64,000 bases of DNA from Setoptus koraiensis (Eukaryota > Animalia > Arthropoda). The notes beneath the pieces are model-generated. The model had not been told where the DNA came from, ran no database searches, and saw only the letters and a list, made by a program, of their open reading frames with translations. Shown here piece by piece: positions 47,091-59,787 of the stretch. The first letter of the stretch is position 1, and every line of letters begins with the position of its first letter. The stretch lies in NCBI GenBank assembly GCA_048013815.1, contig CM106586.1, positions 15,748,001 to 15,812,000 of the forward strand, read 5' to 3'. The position numbers and the translations under genes were made by a program.

Positions 47091-50000
47091 ACCGCGACGA
47101 CGACGACAAAAGCGTGCCATCAGACCATGCCAATTTTTGCGCCACTACTACCATTTGGTGCCTTCCTCTCTCGCTTACTCATTAGTATTCATTCACATAG
47201 ACAAATATGTATTTTTTAATTAACTTTTTTCATGTGACCAAGCGCAGCCGCTGCACCGGGCAACCGACTGAGCTGATCGTTTTATACACACACGGAATAA
47301 GAGGGAGAGACAGACGGACGCTCTCTGCAAATGTGTAGTATAAATTAACTAATTGTATAATAACGAGAATATTCGTCAAGTGAAGTGAAGCGAATTGATG
47401 CAAAACTTCAGTTCAGCGCCAGCACTAAAAGTCGCAACGTCGTTCAAACACTGCGACATGGGCCAAGAGACGGGAAGCCCCTCTTCTGGTGCCGTTGTTG
47501 TTGTCGTTGCTGTTGTCGTTTTTGTTGTCGTTCACTATCAACTCGATTGCTATAAACAAATCAGTCCAAACAAAAGTATATAGTCGCCAGATAAAGTCGC
47601 TAGTGCACAATGACGACGATGACGCTCAGTTGCGCGCATTATGTAATGAATGAGCTCAGTTGTGACCTCTATTCATTTTGAACTAACACGACACGTAGCC
47701 GCCGACACCACGTACAAACGACGACGACCATGATGATGATGATTATTATTGTGAGCCACTTATCCACATACCTACAAATACATTAGCCGGTTGGCTAGCT
47801 CTATGTGCATTATATCAGCTTCATAATGTATGTGATGTCATCATCGGCGAATGAACTAGATACAGCCACTGGCATTTTGTTTTTTGGACGCAAACAACAA
47901 CGTAACGGTTAACTATTGCATTCGTGATGAAGATGAGCATGTCATTATTAGGCCAATATTTTATTGCTCATTAAATTTGTATTTGTATTTGTGGCCACTA
48001 GAAACAACAACACAACTGCTCTCCTATATTATTATGGACGGACAGAGAGGAAGAGGGACAGGTAGCGTGCCATTAAAGTTACGTGACGATTAATGGTATC
48101 CTGGGTGGTTCTATCGGTCAATACAACATTGATGAGTTGCTGTTGCATAACAACACCACCAAAAAGGAGCGTTATCGGCACCACAAAATGATACGCACCA
48201 TTCATCGGAAGTAGCTAGCCAAAATAAACACAAACAAATCTATGTTACACCTTATCTGTTGTATCTCTGTCAGTTAATATCTGAATGTGAGAGGTGATTT
48301 CATTTCGACGATAGTTACATTCCTCAATAGATCCTGCAGCAATCGGCAGCCTATTGGCAGCAGCGCCAGGTGAACATTGCGGCTACACCAATCTGATTAA
48401 TTAATCAGGTATTTCGATTATGACCAATGGATGATGATTAACATGAATTGATCATCATCGCGACCAGCCGATTGCCCTAAGCGTGCTGTGAGTCGATAAC
48501 CATTGATCACCATAATGATCAATAATGGTGCTGGTTAGTTTTGGCATCCATCTATTGTGCCAAACATTATCATAGTCACGGTATACACAACTGTCACGGA
48601 GAGAGAGAGAGAGAGCGAGAATTTGTGCGTCCCCTCGTACTTATTTATTATTTATCGACATAATTAATAATGGTATCGACAAAACAAATAGCACATTCTA
48701 GTCGCATCAGCGGCCCAAACATACCCATACTTGTTATCCTACTCGTTTCTCTCGAATTGGCTTCAATTATTTCTGAGTAGCGGTGCCCATTTTTTCCAGT
48801 GAGCGGCGCCCGATCTCTTCAGACTTGGCTTGCGCCGGGGCTGGCTGGATAAATTGAAACGTATTCCTTTGGTCACTTTTCGAACTACCGTGACTTTCGT
48901 CACTATGCACGTGTATCTCCTGTTTGACACCAAGATACCTACCAAGTTACATTTAGCATCGAGGCTGGATATTCCAACGAATACTCACTGTCAGAAGCGA
49001 CACGAACTTATTTGATCGTTTCTCAATGGCGCTTTATCAGCATGGAACATAATTTCGATGGACACAAAACGGACATGGACTGCCTTTGTGAGGCCCTTTC
49101 GAGAGAGGCATTTTTTTATTGTATACATGACCGGGCGAGCAATGGGGCGAGTATGCTGTAGGTGGCTAGTGTCCATTAAGCCAACAGTGAGCGAGACATC
49201 AAGCAACGAGGATGAGCTTATAAGTGGCGATCTCTCTACTTATAAGTGACTGTCTAATAAAAGCTCGGCGACCTCTGCTCGATAGTATCTCTTGCAGCCG
49301 GAATCCAAACAAAGCAATTGGGCCGATCTCTGTGAAAGAAAGAATTGTCTCTTATTATCAATTGTCCTCTGTCGTCGTCTCCCAAGTTGCTTACTGGCCC
49401 CTTCTTCTATCTCGATACTTTCCATCTCATTATCTCAAGCAGTGTGCCTAATATATAATTGTATCATGTGATTTGTGTCTTCACAATGTCACTTGTTATG
49501 TCATCTGGCCTGAGTCACTAATCGCTTGCTCGTGACGATTGCCCGTTTACCTCGCTTTTTACTTTTGTGCCCAAGTTACCGTGATATAGCGACACATAGC
49601 TACTCAAGATGCTTTCGCACTGGACGCCAATGGCCTATCCTTCCTTGTTGCCTTCGCGACATCGTTGTGATTGCCCGACCAATTATTGAATTATGAATTC
49701 CAGTGGGCACCAATTACATCATTTTTCACGACAGTAACACTTATGTCACAATTATGTTCTGTTTACGGGGCCTTGTGATTGATACTAACTCATTGCCATT
49801 GCATGTACCGTGACCGATGGCCTCAATTTTTCCGCAATGCCATCTGTTGTTTGTAGAGCATACCATTTTGCGAGAGATTTAGTGCAGGGTGCGCAAAGCG
49901 AGTCACTCGAGCCCCAAAACTCGCTGTGCCTCACATCGGCACAGAACGTTCAAAGACCTCAGCGTGCAGCTCGCTCTAAGAGCGTGGCGAGCGGAAGAGT

Positions 50001-50407
50001 TTGTTCAAAGTATCGTCAAACTTGCCACAATCTGTGCTCGTGCAATATCCGTTGCTCATTTCAACAGATTGCACAAACAAACTGTGGAATGAACAAGTGG
50101 AACGTGCAGCGACAATCGACCCATTTGATCAATTCTAGCCTCGTGGATACACGCAACAGATATCTGGATCAATATGCAGCCAATATACAGAGATCGAATG
50201 TCGAATTGATTTCGCTCCCAATCAATTCAATGCAACAACTTGATTTTGCATAGTTTATACACCATCGTCACCATAAAATACAAATACAAGCAACAATAAC
50301 GTCTTATCACTTCTATCATTCATGCCAGGTCAGGGAAAGAGGATTGAAGCACGAGCCGCGCCAGAACAGGATAGAGGCCTGGTGAAGGTCGTCAGAGGAC
50401 GACGATC

Positions 50408-53352
50408 ATGATACCCTACACAAAGTTGAATCCGCCCCCAATAATCAGCAATGACTGTGATCAACAAAATAGAATTACATTGAATGTTGGCGGCATCAAA
50501 TACAAAGCCTATAAGTCAACTTTGAAAAAGATACCAGCCACTAGATTGTCACGTCTCACAGAATCATTGGCCAATTACGATCCGTTGGCCAACGAGTATT
50601 TCTTTGATAGACATCCTGGCGTTTTTGCCCAAATACTAAACTATTATAGAACAGGCAAATTGCATTATCCAACCAATGTTTGTGGTCCATTGTTCGAGGA
50701 AGAGCTCGAGTTTTGGGGCCTAGATGCCAATCAAGTGGAACCGTGCTGTTGGATGACTTATACGGCTCATCGTGATACACAAGACACATTAGCTACATTG
50801 GATAGATTGGATACAAATCTTGATTTGGAGAATATCAACGACGAGGTGTTAGCCAAAAGATTTGGTTATGAAGAAAAATACAAGAAGGGACAACTGAATT
50901 ATTGGCACAAAATCAAACCAAGAATATGGCTACTGTTTGATGAACCCTATTCTTCACTGTTAGCAAAATTAATAGCTATTATATCGGTATTTTTTATATT
51001 CGTATCAACGGCGTCGTTTTGCATTAAAACTCACCCATCTATGCGTGTCCCAATCATTAGGAATCAGACTATATACAATCATGAATTTAAACCAATCGGA
51101 TGGACACTAGACAAATACAAAACAGAGACTTTATCTGCCTTCTTTTACATAGAATGCGTTTGCAATATATGGTTCTTATTTGAAATTGTTGTTCGTTTTA
51201 TCGTAAGTACCTCATTAGCGCCGAGTCAATTTGCAACACTGTGAGATGGGTGTTGGCGAACCATATTAACTACAAAAGGTTTAGGATTATATCCAGGGTT
51301 GAGTTACTTATCGGCATCTTTCATTCAACTTATCTGCTTACAGGTAGCACCGGATAGGAGGGAGTTTACAAGCACTACAAATAATATAATTGATTTCATG
51401 GCCACTTTGTCATTCATCTACGACCTTATGAATCAATTGTTATCCACCTCCAGCTCAGCCACCACAAAAGCAGATATTTTGGACTTTTTCAACATAATAC
51501 GTATATTGCGATTATTCAAATTAACTCGACACTACAGAGGCCTTAAAATTTTGGTGTACACATTCAGGGCAAGTGCCAAAGAGTTGCTACTATTGGTCGG
51601 CTTCTTACTTCTCGGCATCATAATATTTGCCAGTCTCATATATTACGCTGAGAGACTTCAACCAAATCCACACAATGACTTCAAATCTATACCAGAAGGT
51701 AAGCAATCAGGTTATGTGAACCTGACTTGATCAGCTAGAACACAAGCGAGACACATCAATCTGAAGTTTTTTTTTTATCAACTTTTTCAAAACCATCAAA
51801 ATATTGATGATCAATTTCTTTTTAACTACTCATACAATTCAGGTCTTTGGTGGGCTATAGTAACAATGACCACAGTTGGGTATGGAGATCTTAAACCCCA
51901 GACTTATTCAGGGATGATTGTTGGAGCGTTATGTGCCATTTCAGGTGTCCTCACTATAGCATTGCCAGTGCCAGTTATAGTGTCCAATTTTACAATGTTC
52001 TATACTCATACACAAGCTCGTGAAAAATTGCCAAGACAAAGAAGACGAGTAATCTCAATAAGCGAATCGCCTATTCATGGTGCCAACACTTTAACAAGTC
52101 ATTCTTTACATGCATCGTCAATCAATTTAGGATCATCTAACTATAGTATTAATAGACACAATCAATTCGGGCCACCTATGAGTGCGGCGCAAATGAATCT
52201 TAGACGTCAATCTAGATCGGCTTGTTGCTTGCTTGATTCAACTCTAAGTCAGCAGTCATTGCAACAGCAAAACATAAGGAATACTAGATATCAATTGAAC
52301 TTGAGCCACAATCCCACGTGTTTACTCGATGATAATAAAGGTTTTAACCTGGATCTTGAGACCGATAAAACGGTTACCTCAAGTTTGCCTGGAGATTCGT
52401 CTGCGCCAGTCCCATCTATGGTCAGCATAAAATCAATCAACGATACTGGTAAAACCGAAACTTTTGCTGCGAAATCTTCCAATGCAAGATACAAATCGAA
52501 TCGTAAGTATTTTCTAAGCATTAATTATTTGCGAATACTTTTCTGGTGTAGGTCACGTGCGGTAAGCTAATGAAGCGTTTTGTTTTGTTTTTTTTAACCT
52601 CACAAATCTTCATCAATATCCTCTCTTTAATAGTGGACACAACAAACGGTTCGGATCGATTCATAGACCGTGAAGCTAACGACCGAAACTTACTTCTAAA
52701 AGCTGATTATTGTAGAAATAAGAATCTTGCAATAAAGGAAGTTGGAGAGCCTACAACTGGCATCGATATTTTCCAACCATCAACAGAAGACAGAATGAAT
52801 CCGAGTCTGCTTAGTGATAAGAGGAAGATAATGGAAATTATTGATGAGCGTTCAATTGAATCCAAGCTATCTGGATCGACGTCGTTACATGAACATCTCC
52901 CTTCCGATGATGATCGTTCGTCATTAAACGTTGTTTCAGCAAAGAATTCTAATCAAATGGACGAACAATCAACAACGGATGGTGCAACAAGCAAAGATAA
53001 ATTGCAAAACGAAGAGAAAAACAATACTGATGATGCCTCTCGAAATGAAACCATACTGGTGGAAATAAACTTTGACGAAGGCAGCAAACCATCATGTGTT
53101 CAGACAGAGTGCAGACTACAATCTTGCTCGAGCCAGTATAGCCTAAATGAATGTAGCTCATGCTGCAATGGTCAAACGACCGATAACAATATCAATTCTT
53201 GCACATGTTGTTGTTGTTGTTGCTGTTGTTGTCAAACCGAGATAAATTCAGAGTCCGGAGTCGCCTCGATGACCGAAGCTACAAATCAGGACAGTGCTCA
53301 ATCGGAGACCCGAAAAGAAACGAAAGTAAACGATCAAACTAACGACAAGTGA
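50408..53352 (+). CDS. Shaw: Shaw (Kv3) voltage-gated potassium channel, 4 exons, about 842 aa
   Basis: Exons 50408-51202, 51344-51698, 51843-52502, 52634-53352, all GT-AG and frame-consistent. T1 domain (LNVGG...[11 protein letters not shown]...FFDRHPGVF...[12 protein letters not shown]), S4 ([12 protein letters not shown]), pore ([16 protein letters not shown]) and PVPVIVSNF. Confidence 0.97.
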
Positions 53353-54199
53353 TAATGATACTAAATTCGTTGTCAGTAGGTGTGCCAAAACTTCAATGAT
53401 TGACACACATACACAAGCATTCAGTCATACTCAGACTTGAAATAAATAAACATTGCTCAATCTCTACCTGTTGGCCTCAACTAGCCATGCCTGAGTAGAA
53501 CACACACCATCTTAATTATCTCATTGCGTCTTCGTGCACGATCTGTACAACATTTAATGCACAACAAATTAAATCAGGGTTACATTGAATAATGATAAGT
53601 GTCTATTGTGATGTTGCAAAGGTAACCATGCGATCGATTGGTCTTGCCATGGTGGAGTATGCAACTAATTAGCGAAATCGGATACTGAGAAGCAACGATT
53701 TGGGTGGCTAGAATTGTTGCGAGCTATATTATTTTCACTATTATTGTTCGCAGCAACTCGATTGTTACAACGAGCTACGGGTGAGACCTTCAACTCGGCG
53801 GAAATTCAATGCAACTTGTCTCAATGGATCGATGGAAACGAAAAACTAATTAATGATTTCAACTATCTAATCTGTAATGAGATCTGTAATGACGGCTGTC
53901 ATGTCGAGCTTTCGCGCCACAACTCTAGACCGCCAGATTTTCAAAAAGAGCGTTTCACTTCTGCGCACAAAAGGGAACAAATTGTGCTATTCCCTTTCTC
54001 GCCATTGGTACAAAGCAACTGTAGTTAGACCTGAGGTTGTTCGCTGCTGCATCGAACTGTTTTACTGTTTCATTGTTACTGGAGTTTGGTGGGTGTGTGA
54101 GCGCTGGTCGGGAAAGCGCTGCGGCCGTCCCGAGAACGGCAGTGCTAGCTGTGAGTGTGCGATGGAGCAGAGAACAAGAATAGCACAGTCAACAACATC

Positions 54200-54205
54200 C
54201 ACGTG
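54200..54205. promoter_or_regulatory. Canonical E-box CACGTG about 325 bp upstream of the Max ATG
   Basis: ccacgtga is present; function is not shown and a single 6-mer can occur by chance. Confidence 0.2.
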
Positions 54206-54528
54206 ACACAAAAAACTGGCCTGCAAGCACGTTGGCAGTGTACTGAATAAAAAGGCAGCTCCAACAAAAATAAAATATCGCCTTGTATTGCATCATCATT
54301 GTAATAATTACAATTTACACAATTGAATCGAATGCTTAATCAAATATTAATTAATAGCTCACACAATTTGTATTATTATTTCTAATCATTGTTTAATTAA
54401 TTACATAGTTGAATTGCAGTTTTATCAATACGATTTTCGACAATACAAAACCCATTTTTATTAGATATTGTGTGTTAATCGCCTGTGTAGCCATAATAAG
54501 AGAGGATAAAATATAAAATCAATTGAAC

Positions 54529-54885
54529 ATGTCAGAGCAATCCGATGATGATAATGTTAATTTTGAGAGCGAGGACGACGATGAATCGATGCAATCCAAT
54601 CAATCCAACATGAGAAATGGGAGATCCAATGATTTCAAGGGAGATAATAAGCGTTACCATCACAACGCTTTAGAAAGAAGAAGACGCGATGTAATGAAAG
54701 ATTCATTCTGTAAACTCAAGGATGCCGTTCCATCTCTACAGGGCGAAAAAGCTTCCAGGGCACAGATACTTAAAAAGGCTGCTGAATACATACAGGTTAT
54801 GAAGAAAAAGAATACCATCCATCAGACAGACATAGAGGAATTGAAGAAACTAAACAAGACGCTAGAGGAACAGATCGAAGCATAA
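54529..54885 (+). CDS. Max: Max bHLH-ZIP transcription factor, intronless, 118 aa
   Basis: [48 protein letters not shown]...N..HQ.DIEELK..N..LEEQ matches Max. ATG is at 54529 (the track starts at an upstream TTG). Confidence 0.95.
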   Translation: MSEQSDDDNVNFESEDDDESMQSNQSNMRNGRSNDFKGDNKRYHHNALERRRRDVMKDSFCKLKDAVPSLQGEKASRAQILKKAAEYIQVMKKKNTIHQTDIEELKKLNKTLEEQIEA

Positions 54886-55480
54886 TAGAGGGATTGAACA
54901 AACATAATTATAATAATATAGATATAACAACATAACTTGTCACTCATTTGTATAAAGGCATGAAATAGCGTAGATTATTCAGCTGATCAGTTCATTTCAT
55001 ATTCTTGGTCGTTGATATTTACACATTCGTATTTTATATCGTGCAGTTGTCGCCTTTCATATTGGTGTGTTTCCTCTGATATCCTGGTGTTTTTTTGTGT
55101 CCCAGATATGACTGTCTACAACTCCCGAGCGAATGGGAGCGTGTTAGTTCAATTGTTTCGCCAATTGCTCCGCTATAATGCAGGCAATTGGAAAAATATT
55201 CCATGGTTATGCCAATTTGAATCTTGTATTGTGGCGTTCAATTAATGCTACCAGATTGAACAGAGAGACTCATTATCGACAACCATTAATTATTGGGACA
55301 AGACAAGATAACGTCGATTCTTCAGAGAATATCGAGCACTTCACAGCTGTTCGAGCTTTAATCGTCCTAAATGTCTTGACAAGAACCATTAATATTATTA
55401 TTATATACATGTGATTGAATTTTATATTAGACTTGCTTGCGATAACCTTGACAAACTCGACCATAACGCTAACGAAAAGA

Positions 55481-55573
55481 TATTATCACAATTATTATCA
55501 CAGTTACTATCACAATTGTTATCACAGTTATTATTACAGTTATTATCACAATTATTTCCATAATTATTATCGC
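55481..55573. repeat. Degenerate 12-bp minisatellite (tatcacarttrt-like), about 7-8 copies
   Basis: Reads as (CDNN)n on the minus strand and (YYHN)n on the plus strand. Confidence 0.8.
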
Positions 55574-56039
55574 AATGAGACAATGCCAAGTTCCTGTACA
55601 ACACCAGATGCCTCCCAAAATTTGGCGAATTAAGAAAGTAACGAAGCGCCTTCCTTGCAGCTTCCGTTAGAACCTCCTCATAGTTCCTGTCGTAAATCCG
55701 GGCGGTTATTCATACACATAGTTAGTAATACCTGTAATTTTTGGGTGAGGATTTGTTAAGAAGATTGTAAAATCAGTAAAAGGAGTAGATGGGTGCTATA
55801 ACAACACTGGTGCACTGGTAATAGAATAGCCTAAAGTGCATATACACTTGAAGAATCGTCAGGAAAATCATCATTATCTATATCGTGTCCTGAATTTTAT
55901 CGTGCGCATTGTCGCCAATCGTCTATAATGATAACGATGCAACGATAACTTAATTATCATAATCCACACCATAGGAGAGGGCTTTCTTCTATTGTTTGCG
56001 GGCATCATTATATAACAATGTCCGTTATGAATAATGATG

Positions 56040-58216
56040 ACGATGATTATTATCATAGAAGCCGGGTTTGCTATGCAATGTCGCCGTGTGGGCTACTATT
56101 TGGGCGCCTTGTAACTTGTCTGCGGCAGACAAATTTTTTGATATGTGCGTCACTAATTGAACATGATGATGTAATTTGTGCACTTTTATATAGTTTTAAT
56201 GATGCAATAATCTATTACATTACTAACACTATTGATGACTAATACATATTGACCTACGTATTGTCTAGAATGAATTTGTCTTAATTACATTTATACACTG
56301 TTCTTCTGGTCTTTATGATAATCTAATCACCGAGTTTGCGAGTTATTATTATTTCATATACATATATCGCATTTGCATTGTTTATACACAGGACGACGGA
56401 TCGTATGTGGATGAGGAATAGATCGAAGCAAATTGGAACGAGGCCATATAGTTATCATGATGGGCAGCAATGTTTCGGCGTTAGTATTCAAGTTCAATTT
56501 GCTTCTAGTTGATACATATATATAAGCTAAGGATTAAATTGAATGCTCCTTTAGTTAGTTGCAGCTTGCGCAATAAGCCAATCAGTATGCGTTATTAATA
56601 TATACAGATATATATTTATATATATCTATATATGAGGATGACTACTCTTTGTTTTGTTTGTATCTAACTCTCCTATATGCTCATTCTGGCCGACTTGAAT
56701 CGTAATTACGATCGTAACTTCGGTGGTGAAGGTAATTATTATATCATATAAATATGTCTAGTATAGATGACTTTAATATTTGTTCACAATAGATGCGACG
56801 ATGATCACACTGCAGGTTGCTTTCTTACGATGATAATGATGTCTTTACATCTTTATATTTGTCACTGATATTAATCTTGAACGTTGTACGTTTATGATAC
56901 ACAGGATCATCAAGTTTACCTTGCTCACACATCTTCAGCGGGCCTTTCCATTTAGTGAGCAAGGAACTAAATCTGCGACAGATTTATTTTGAATCCTCAA
57001 AGATAGAGTAAAGTTTTACCTTACTCTACATTCTTACAATCAATTGTGGGCATGTCCATATGCCCAAACAACTGAACCTAATCTCAGTTTGAATACTCAT
57101 ATGAGAGTACTGAAGGCTGTTCAAAAAGCCGTTTTCGACACCGACAGGGTCAAGTGTGACATCGGACCTTTCAGGTATGAAGAATATTTCTTCATCAAAT
57201 ATTTCATTTCAGAATAAAAGTTAGATAACAAACTAATCTAAGAAACTTTCAACCCAACTATAAAACACTGCAATACATCAATGTACGTCCGCAGTGGGAT
57301 TGGCTGAACTTCGCATATGACGAGTGTGGAATTGTACACTCGTAAGTATCCAATCAGTCTATAGTTGGGATTGATATCATCAAAACATTTGCATTTTGAG
57401 TAGTTTGTTAGTATTTAAGCTGTTAGCCAGTTGTAAAACTGTAAAAAAAAATGTTAGCAAAAAAAAAATTAGTAATATTATGACCTTTAGATAAGTGAGG
57501 GAAGCTTGCAAAGACATTTGTTTGTATTTTATAGAGTATTCAGCTATTTAATTAGGTTAGATATTGAGTAGACATCATTATGGCTGTTATAGAGTAAATG
57601 CTATTAAATCCTATCATTGTGAATAATTATGAGATACAATACTGGTAGACATCCGCATGTAGATAGAGGGTTGTTGGTTGGTGCTGATATTTATATATTA
57701 AGAAGCTGTCATCTTTCATCCAAAGTTAATGCATTACGTCAGACAGAGCTAGAGACAGCTATATAGTTTTGGGTCGCCATTTTATATCAAGCTCAACCAA
57801 TATATAAGCTGTGACCAAGGTCTTTTGATAATGACTCTTGTTTGTGTGCAAATGGGACCGTGTCCTAGCAAAAAAACAATCGATGCTGATTTGTCTGTTT
57901 AAGCCGAACAGATTTTATCAATCCATCTGATGATGAATCAAGTTTAATTAGTCTGGACTATGCAATGTATGAAATATTGTACATATATCTAATCCCTCTC
58001 TTCCTCTTCTCTTACAGGTATTTGGTCGAACTTCGTGATCGTGGTCAACATGGCTTCATTTTGCCGCCGGACCAGATTATGCCAACAGCCAAGGAGACAT
58101 GGAACGGATTGCTCGCTGCACTAAATGTTATTATGTTGAGCTCGACGATCCGAGATCGCCTGCTCCTTGGGTACCGGCTGCATCGACCTGAGCCTCTTTT
58201 GCCTCAGTCACTTTAG
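56040..58216 (+). pseudogene. M14A zinc carboxypeptidase (CPA/CPB-like) pseudogene with spliced structure
   Basis: Collinear fragments: 56392-56479 TTDRMWMRNRS...QCFG; 56689-56731 ADLNRNYDRNFGGE; 56905-57174 GSSSLPCSHIFSGP/PFSEQGT..*ILKDRVKFYLTLHSYNQLWACPY...DIGPF; 57274-57341 TSMYVRSGIG/NFAYDECGIVH; 58018-58216 [31 protein letters not shown]. Lesions: frameshifts, TGA at 56990, and acceptors reading TG (56687) and AA (57272). May extend 5' to a stop-riddled signal-peptide-like frame at 54960. Confidence 0.85.
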
Positions 58217-59787
58217 CATCAGCCTCTTGGGCATCTGCATTGTTCGCTTCAGCCTCTTTAGCAGCTTCAGCAGCTTTGGCTTCAGCCTCTTTGGCTTCAG
58301 CTTCTTTTTTAGCAGCCTCATCCTTTAGTTTTTGTTCTTCTGCTGCCTTAAATTTCTCTTGGTGACTTTCAAGAGCGATATGCTCAGCACGCATGTATTT
58401 GTCTTTTACAAATACATCGCATAATTTGCAGCAGAAGCCAAACACGGCAGGTACATATCGTAGCTGAGCAGGTTCAATTTGCGGAGTATCAGCCTGAAAC
58501 GTTTACAGCACAGCATAAAAAAATTAGATTATGGGTAAAGAAACTAACTCGAGATACAACCTATAAGAAATCACAATCTTACCTTATCACCTTCGGCATT
58601 GTCAGCTTTGTTGGTTGGTTTGACTACGGCGTAGTCTTTCTGCTCCAAGCCTTCGGAATTATTACGAGCCTCCTCTTTGAGTTGTTTCTTCATTGATTAG
58701 AAAGAAGAAATTCGAAGAAAAGGTTAGTCTTGCTAAATTCCGGTGACATATACGAACGCCATTCACCTTGTCTTGGGATCAAGTTTTGAATATCTTCGTA
58801 TGTAAGACGATTATTGTGACTTACTCTTTCGGCTGTCTTCGACAGTGTCTTAGGTTGGTTCTTGTTCTCTTGTTGTTGACCGTTTGTGGCGGGCTTCGTC
58901 TTTTGCTGTTGCTTTCCCTTGTTGTTTTTGTTGTTCAAATTCTGTTTCAGTTGCTGCTGTTTGCCTGTTTTAGTCTGCTTCGCTTGTCTACGATTCTCCC
59001 TCTGTTTGGTGCGTTGTTTGTTGACATTGTTGTTTGCATTATTGTTGGTGGTGCTGACATTATTATTGGTGTTGGTGTTGGCATTTGCATTCTGCTGCGG
59101 ATTCTGTTGCTTATTCTGGGTCTGATTATTATTCTGGCGAACGTTTTGCACCTTGTTGTTGCTGTTGTTGACATTAGCATTCTGCTGCTGGTTTTGTTGC
59201 TTATTCTGGGTCTGGTTATTATTCTGGCGGTTATTTTGCACCTTGTTGTTGTTGTTGTTGTTAGAATTATTTGGAACATTTCCGTTCTGTTGTGATCTGC
59301 GTGTCATGCCATGCTGTTGATTATTGTTAACCTGATTGTTGTTATTGTTGTTATTTTGGTTATAATAGCCCTTGTTGTTGTTCATGTCTCCTCGGCTGGG
59401 TCTTTTGGGTGGTGGTGGGCCCTCATTCCAGTTTCCATTTTGACGTTTCATCATGGTGCCACCCATGTTTCGTGGCGCTGACAACGATCTTTGGTGCATC
59501 GGTCGTTGGTATTGATCGTATCCTCCTCCTTGTTGCATGGGCTGACCGTTCCATTGTGGTGGGTTCATGGGCATATTAGGTTGGCCACGCATGCTGGGCA
59601 TATTTGGTTGTGGTGCCCATTGTGGACCAGCCTGCTCGTAAGCTGGATACATTGTCTGAGTTGGTTGTTGTCCGTAGGCAGCTTGTGGGTATCCACTCAG
59701 AGGTGGGGCCTGTTGAGGAACGCCTGGTGGTGCTCCGGCTGCCCAAGGTGATGATGATTGAGTTCCGTAAGGTCGTGCGTATGCCAT
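58131..59787 (-). CDS. Prion-like low-complexity protein with C-terminal matrin/U1-type C2H2 zinc finger, 3 exons, about 476 aa
   Basis: Proposed exons 59787-58825, 58687-58583, 58493-58131 (all phase 0, GT-AG; first acceptor is weak). P/Q/G/Y-rich start, N/Q-rich middle, then [17 protein letters not shown]......[11 protein letters not shown], resembling the matrin-3/CIZ1 YV.P..GF.CKLC..F...H....H finger, and a K/E/A tail. Confidence 0.82.
59071..59250 (-). repeat. 90-bp coding tandem duplication
   Basis: [30 protein letters not shown] / [30 protein letters not shown]; ccttgttgtt recurs at 59151 and 59241. Confidence 0.9.

Larger units (their letters stand above)
26200..50300. other. About 24-kb gene-free intergenic domain, GC/GGCC-rich core at about 28.2-46.8 kb
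   Basis: No ORF with a recognisable family. The ORFs listed here are overlapping, Arg/Ala/Pro-rich and typical of GC-rich non-coding DNA. Lies between the divergent 5' ends of Mi-2 and Shaw. Confidence 0.75.

Noticed and set aside
46977-47219. (Thr-Ala-Thr)n ORF reminiscent of antifreeze glycoprotein
   Set aside because: No signal peptide, the unit is not Thr-Ala-Ala, and all frames are open simply because of a 9-bp minisatellite.
55422-55710. (CDNN)n metallothionein-like frame on the minus strand
   Set aside because: No ATG; it derives from a 12-bp AT-rich minisatellite and lies within the probable 5' part of the carboxypeptidase relic.
56680-57280. Non-canonical TG and AA splice acceptors as a novel splicing code
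   Set aside because: They co-occur with frameshifts and a stop in the same gene, while all ~13 introns of the intact genes are GT-AG; decay is the simpler explanation.
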